Assembly (NCBI GenBank): GCA_046563655.1
Contig: CM102288.1
Span: 2,666,001 to 2,730,000, forward strand
Source: Yuukianura sp. NJ FZ-2021
Lineage: Eukaryota
Direction of reading: 5' to 3'
Length of the DNA: 64,000 nucleotides
Within the stretch, counting starts at the first letter, position 1; each line of letters begins with the position of its first letter. Under the pieces are notes generated by a model, which worked only from the letters and a program-made list of their open reading frames with translations, did not search any database and had not been told where the DNA came from. Positions 60,218-64,000 of the stretch are shown in pieces. A program made the translations under genes and the position numbers.

Positions 60218-63200
60218 ATGCGACGAGCTGCGGCACCCAAGGCTGGTGGCAAGGGCGGAAAGAACAAGCCGTATGCTCGACCCGAAGCATTTACGCCTGG
60301 AGAAATCTTGACTGACACTTGTAACAAGAAATGGAAGTTGGGTAAACCAATTGGATCTGGAGGATTTGGTGACATCTATTTAGGTAAGCAAAATGCTAAG
60401 CGACATTGCGAAATCCACTTACGAGTAGTTGGTTGATTTACGACAATTCGAATTCATGCGACCAATAATTCCTGCTTTCAGCTTCTGACGACGTCAACAA
60501 GGCAGTCAGTGACAAGACAGGTCAATATGTCGTCAAAATTGAGCCTCACGCGAATGGCCCACTCTTCGTGGAGATCGCCTTCTATCTTCGTGCTGCGAAG
60601 CCTGAAATGAGTAAGTATTAATTTTAATACTTTTCATTACTATTCTTCCAGACTAACTTAACGTAGTGAATGTCTTTCAATTTGCAGTACAGGAATGGAA
60701 GAAGCAACACAAGTTGGATGCACTCGGCATGCCTTCCTACATTAGCTCTGGCGCTCATGAGTACAAGTCTCAAAAGTATCGCTTTCTCGTTCTTCAACGT
60801 TTTGGCCAAGATCTCCATAAAATCATTTCTGCCAAACCTGGCAAGCGACTCACTCTTCGCTCAATCCAGGCTGTATCGCTTCAGATTGTAAGTCTTTCTA
60901 GATAAATTCACGACTTACATATTTCCTTTACCTTTTGATTTGACACCCAGATTGACACGCTGGAATACATCCATTCTCGGGATTTCGTCCACGGCGACAT
61001 CAAGGCTTCTAATCTGCTGATGGGATTAGGTGACAAGAAACCGCAGCTCTACCTCCTCGACTACGGCCTCGCTGGAAAATTTGTTGATCCTCAAGGTCAG
61101 CAGCACATCAAGTATGGTCCGGATGCTCGTAAAGCTCACAACGGCACCCTCGAATATACCTCACGGTAATACTTGTTCCTGGAATAAAGATTACTTGCAT
61201 TGCAAGTTTTTGAATGTGTCTCAAATACTTACAGTGACGCCCATATCGGAGCCCTTTCTCGTCGTGGAGACATGGAAATCCTTGGGTACAACATGCTCGA
61301 GTGGTTGTGTGGAAACTTGCCATGGCCGAATACCGATACTCCGGATCTTGTTGCCAAGCAAAAGAACCATTTCATGAGCAACATTCAGCTGAAGAAACTG
61401 TACCCCGGGGACATTCCAGGCCTCGACCTTGTTGAGAAATACCTAAAGTACGTCGCAGGATTAGCTTTCGACGAGAAACCAAACTATAACCACTGCCGCG
61501 AACTTCTTCGTCGCGGACTTCCGTCAAAACTCACCACTCTTTACATCGACGATGCCATCGGAGCTACGCCCAAGAAGAAGGCTTCGTCTCGTAAAAGATC
61601 TTCCGCTGCTTCTGCTGCAGCTTCGACTGACGACAGTTTCGATACTGAAGAACTAACACCACCAAAGAAAATTAAACTGCCAGACGATGGGACGAATCAG
61701 AAACGGTAAGGAAAATCATAATAAGCAAGTACGTACCTTCGACCTCCCGCAATTTTGGTGTCCTCGTGGTGCTATTCGACGCTTGAAACACGAATCTCCG
61801 CTGAAATACACAAAACGATATCCATTAACACTTTTTTCATGCCAAACAATTTTACATGAAATAATCTAAATTTTAAATTAAAACAGAACGAGTAAAGGAT
61901 AAACTTTCGCTGAAAATTCAAAAGTTTTCGTTCTTTTTCTTGCTAGTTTTCACTTCCTGTGTGTTTAGCATTAGGGAAAAGAGACGAAAGCACCACAGGA
62001 ACCCAAATGAGGTTCTTCGGAAGTTGATGAGGCATGAGCAGAGAAAGTGAAGAAATCTACTGGAAATTCCTTCACTTCCTTCCTACTCTTCTTCTATTCC
62101 CTGATGACTATTTTCTAAGCATGATTTGCATGTTTCGCCAGCTATTTCAATTTCACTTATGTCTTTTTTTCAGAACTACTCGTACGACAAAACGTGTTCA
62201 GAAGAACTTCAATTGGACCAGAGTTCTTTCCTCCAATCCAGAGAAAATTATTCATTTGGCATCACAAACAAATGGAACTGGAGCAGCAGTCGTTCAAACT
62301 CCTGATGCAGGAAAAGTTAAAAAATCTCTTACTCCAATTCCTGGAAATCTCACGCCTGCGATGCTCCAAATTCTATCGAAAAGGAAAGAAAATACTCCAT
62401 TATCAACGGCTTCCCGTGGAGTAGCTCGGGCGGAAATTGTCGAGGTAAAATTTTGATTTAATATCAATTTACCGGGGGATTTTGAATTCGTTTTGCCCGA
62501 TAAATTTCCCAGGGGTCAAGATTCAGCCGGACTCCTTTAATAGCCCGCGCGTGTTAATTTTGATTAGAATGAAAGCGAAGTGTTGCCAAATCCGGAGTTT
62601 TCGTAACACTTCGTTTCGACTCGCTCGGAATTACTGGGTGAATCTTGGTCGTGAAATGGCGTCATTTGATTGCAAATTACGAAATTTCACATTTGCTTGA
62701 GCCTCATTTTCCATGATGACAATGAGCTGTTAACGAGAAACTGCGTTATTTGATCCTCGAATTTCAAAGAAGCCTTGTGTAAGTAAAGATTGAAAAGTCT
62801 TTAATCACAAAGTTTCACAACATGACCCATTTCCGTGCTATTCTTTATGGGAAATGGGAAACTTTGATGAGTTTTAATTTTTTTTTTGTCATTTCCAACA
62901 AGTTAATAAGTATTTGCTTACATTTGGGTACTACTAGCGCACTTTCTCTCAGCGTTTAGAGTTACAAATCTGGAATCTAGAATGAGAGAAAGTTTTGAAG
63001 ATAAAGTCTTTCTCTGGTCTCTTGACTGTTATTTCTCGTCTCCTGAAAAACCTAAATCCTTAAAAGCCGAACTCTAAAAGTTGCCGTCTGTTTTTTTACG
63101 AAGTAGTAGAAATTGACTTTGAAATTTGTTTACATTACTCCAGGGGACAACGAAACTGACGCCGGCCATGAAAGAGATCTTACTGAAGACAAAGAAGCAG

Positions 63201-63806
63201 AAGCTGCGGAAATCAATGGGAGAGGATCTTGGAGGCCTGATGATAGCAAAGAAGATCAAGCAGAAGGCTGTCGCTGCTGCCGCGGGTGAGTCAGCCACCC
63301 TTCACTTTCTTTAGTCTCATCAACATCCGACACTCACTAGTCTCCCTGGCGCTTAATAAATATTGCACCCTCAGTATTTACTTCCTTGCTTACCCCCGTC
63401 TTCCTTTGTCTTGAGGAACCACCAGCACCACATCAACCGCTGCGGCGGCACCTTTTTCAATCCTGGAAGGAAGATCCTGCTGCTAGACAGCTTTGAGCTT
63501 TGATATAGAACCACTTCCGCACGTCTCTCAGCGTTTCCTCAATCTATAAATATTTACACTAAAAGGAATCATTTTATTATTGTGACCTGAATTCCCTTTC
63601 TCACATGAATCTTTAATTTTTGGATTGGATTTCCAGGTCGAGCACCGCCGGCTGTAACGTCTTTACCTTCGACGACTTCAAATGCTGCTGCTTCCACCAC
63701 CATCTTCACCACTAGTAACCAAGTTCCATCGGCCAAAATCAAACTTCCAGCAAAAGTTGTCGGCGGCACGTCACGATCCGGTCGTCCACTACGACGAAAT
63801 CCTTAG
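60218..63806 (+). CDS. ball: VRK-family Ser/Thr kinase (ballchen/NHK-1, VRK1), ~587 aa. Exons 60218-60383, 60482-60610, 60688-60887, 60951-61165, 61235-61705, 62174-62444, 63144-63285, 63637-63806
   Basis: [106 protein letters not shown]. The basic C-terminal exons are less certain than the kinase domain. Confidence 0.95.
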
Positions 63807-64000
63807 GTCAAAAAACGGAACTTGCCGAAGTTAAAGTTTTCTTTGTAATCAATGCCACACTGTCTACCATAATTTAAAAAAAAAGTATTGTTTTCACCTT
63901 AATCTTTTTAGAGTTCTGCATTAGCTCTGCATCTTCTTCTTGTGGTTAATTGAGACTGAATGAGATTAAGACATTGTTCAAGACAATGCTGTGGTGAAGG

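Noticed and set aside
1..64000. Most remaining 60-130 aa ORFs in the supplied track, and any tRNA, rRNA or prokaryote-type system
   Set aside because: These ORFs are K/F/N/L-rich translations of AT-rich introns or antisense shadows of real exons, many with non-ATG starts. No cloverleaf, rRNA motif or operon structure was seen, though a covariance-model search was not possible.

Overview
AT-rich, intron-containing eukaryotic DNA from an arthropod. Short 42-90 nt introns and the protein sequences suggest a non-insect hexapod or other pancrustacean such as a springtail (inference). All gene models were built by hand from GT-AG sites and reading-frame phase. Left to right: (1) the 5' part of an unidentified minus-strand gene with two alternative N-termini, running off the window start; (2) a complete ecdysone receptor gene (EcR, minus, ~11.6-28 kb) with A- and B1-type first coding exons and a tandem pair of paralogous exons for the helix 2-4 part of the ligand-binding domain, 42 nt apart and probably mutually exclusive; (3) a minisatellite, a hAT-type MITE with a perfect 8-bp TSD, and a hairpin; (4) a gene with a catalytically degenerate cyclophilin domain; (5) a spliced but stop-riddled minus-strand locus (pseudogene or lncRNA); (6) a GPR153/GPR162-like orphan 7TM receptor after ~11 kb of ORF-poor DNA; (7) an EEF1AKMT4-like methyltransferase; (8) a homeodomain-type ceramide synthase; (9) a candidate small orphan gene; (10) a VRK/ballchen kinase. 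AGGTCA direct repeats (nuclear-receptor elements) are over-represented. No rRNA, tRNA or CRISPR array was seen. The EcR ligand-binding-domain exon switch is the strongest finding.
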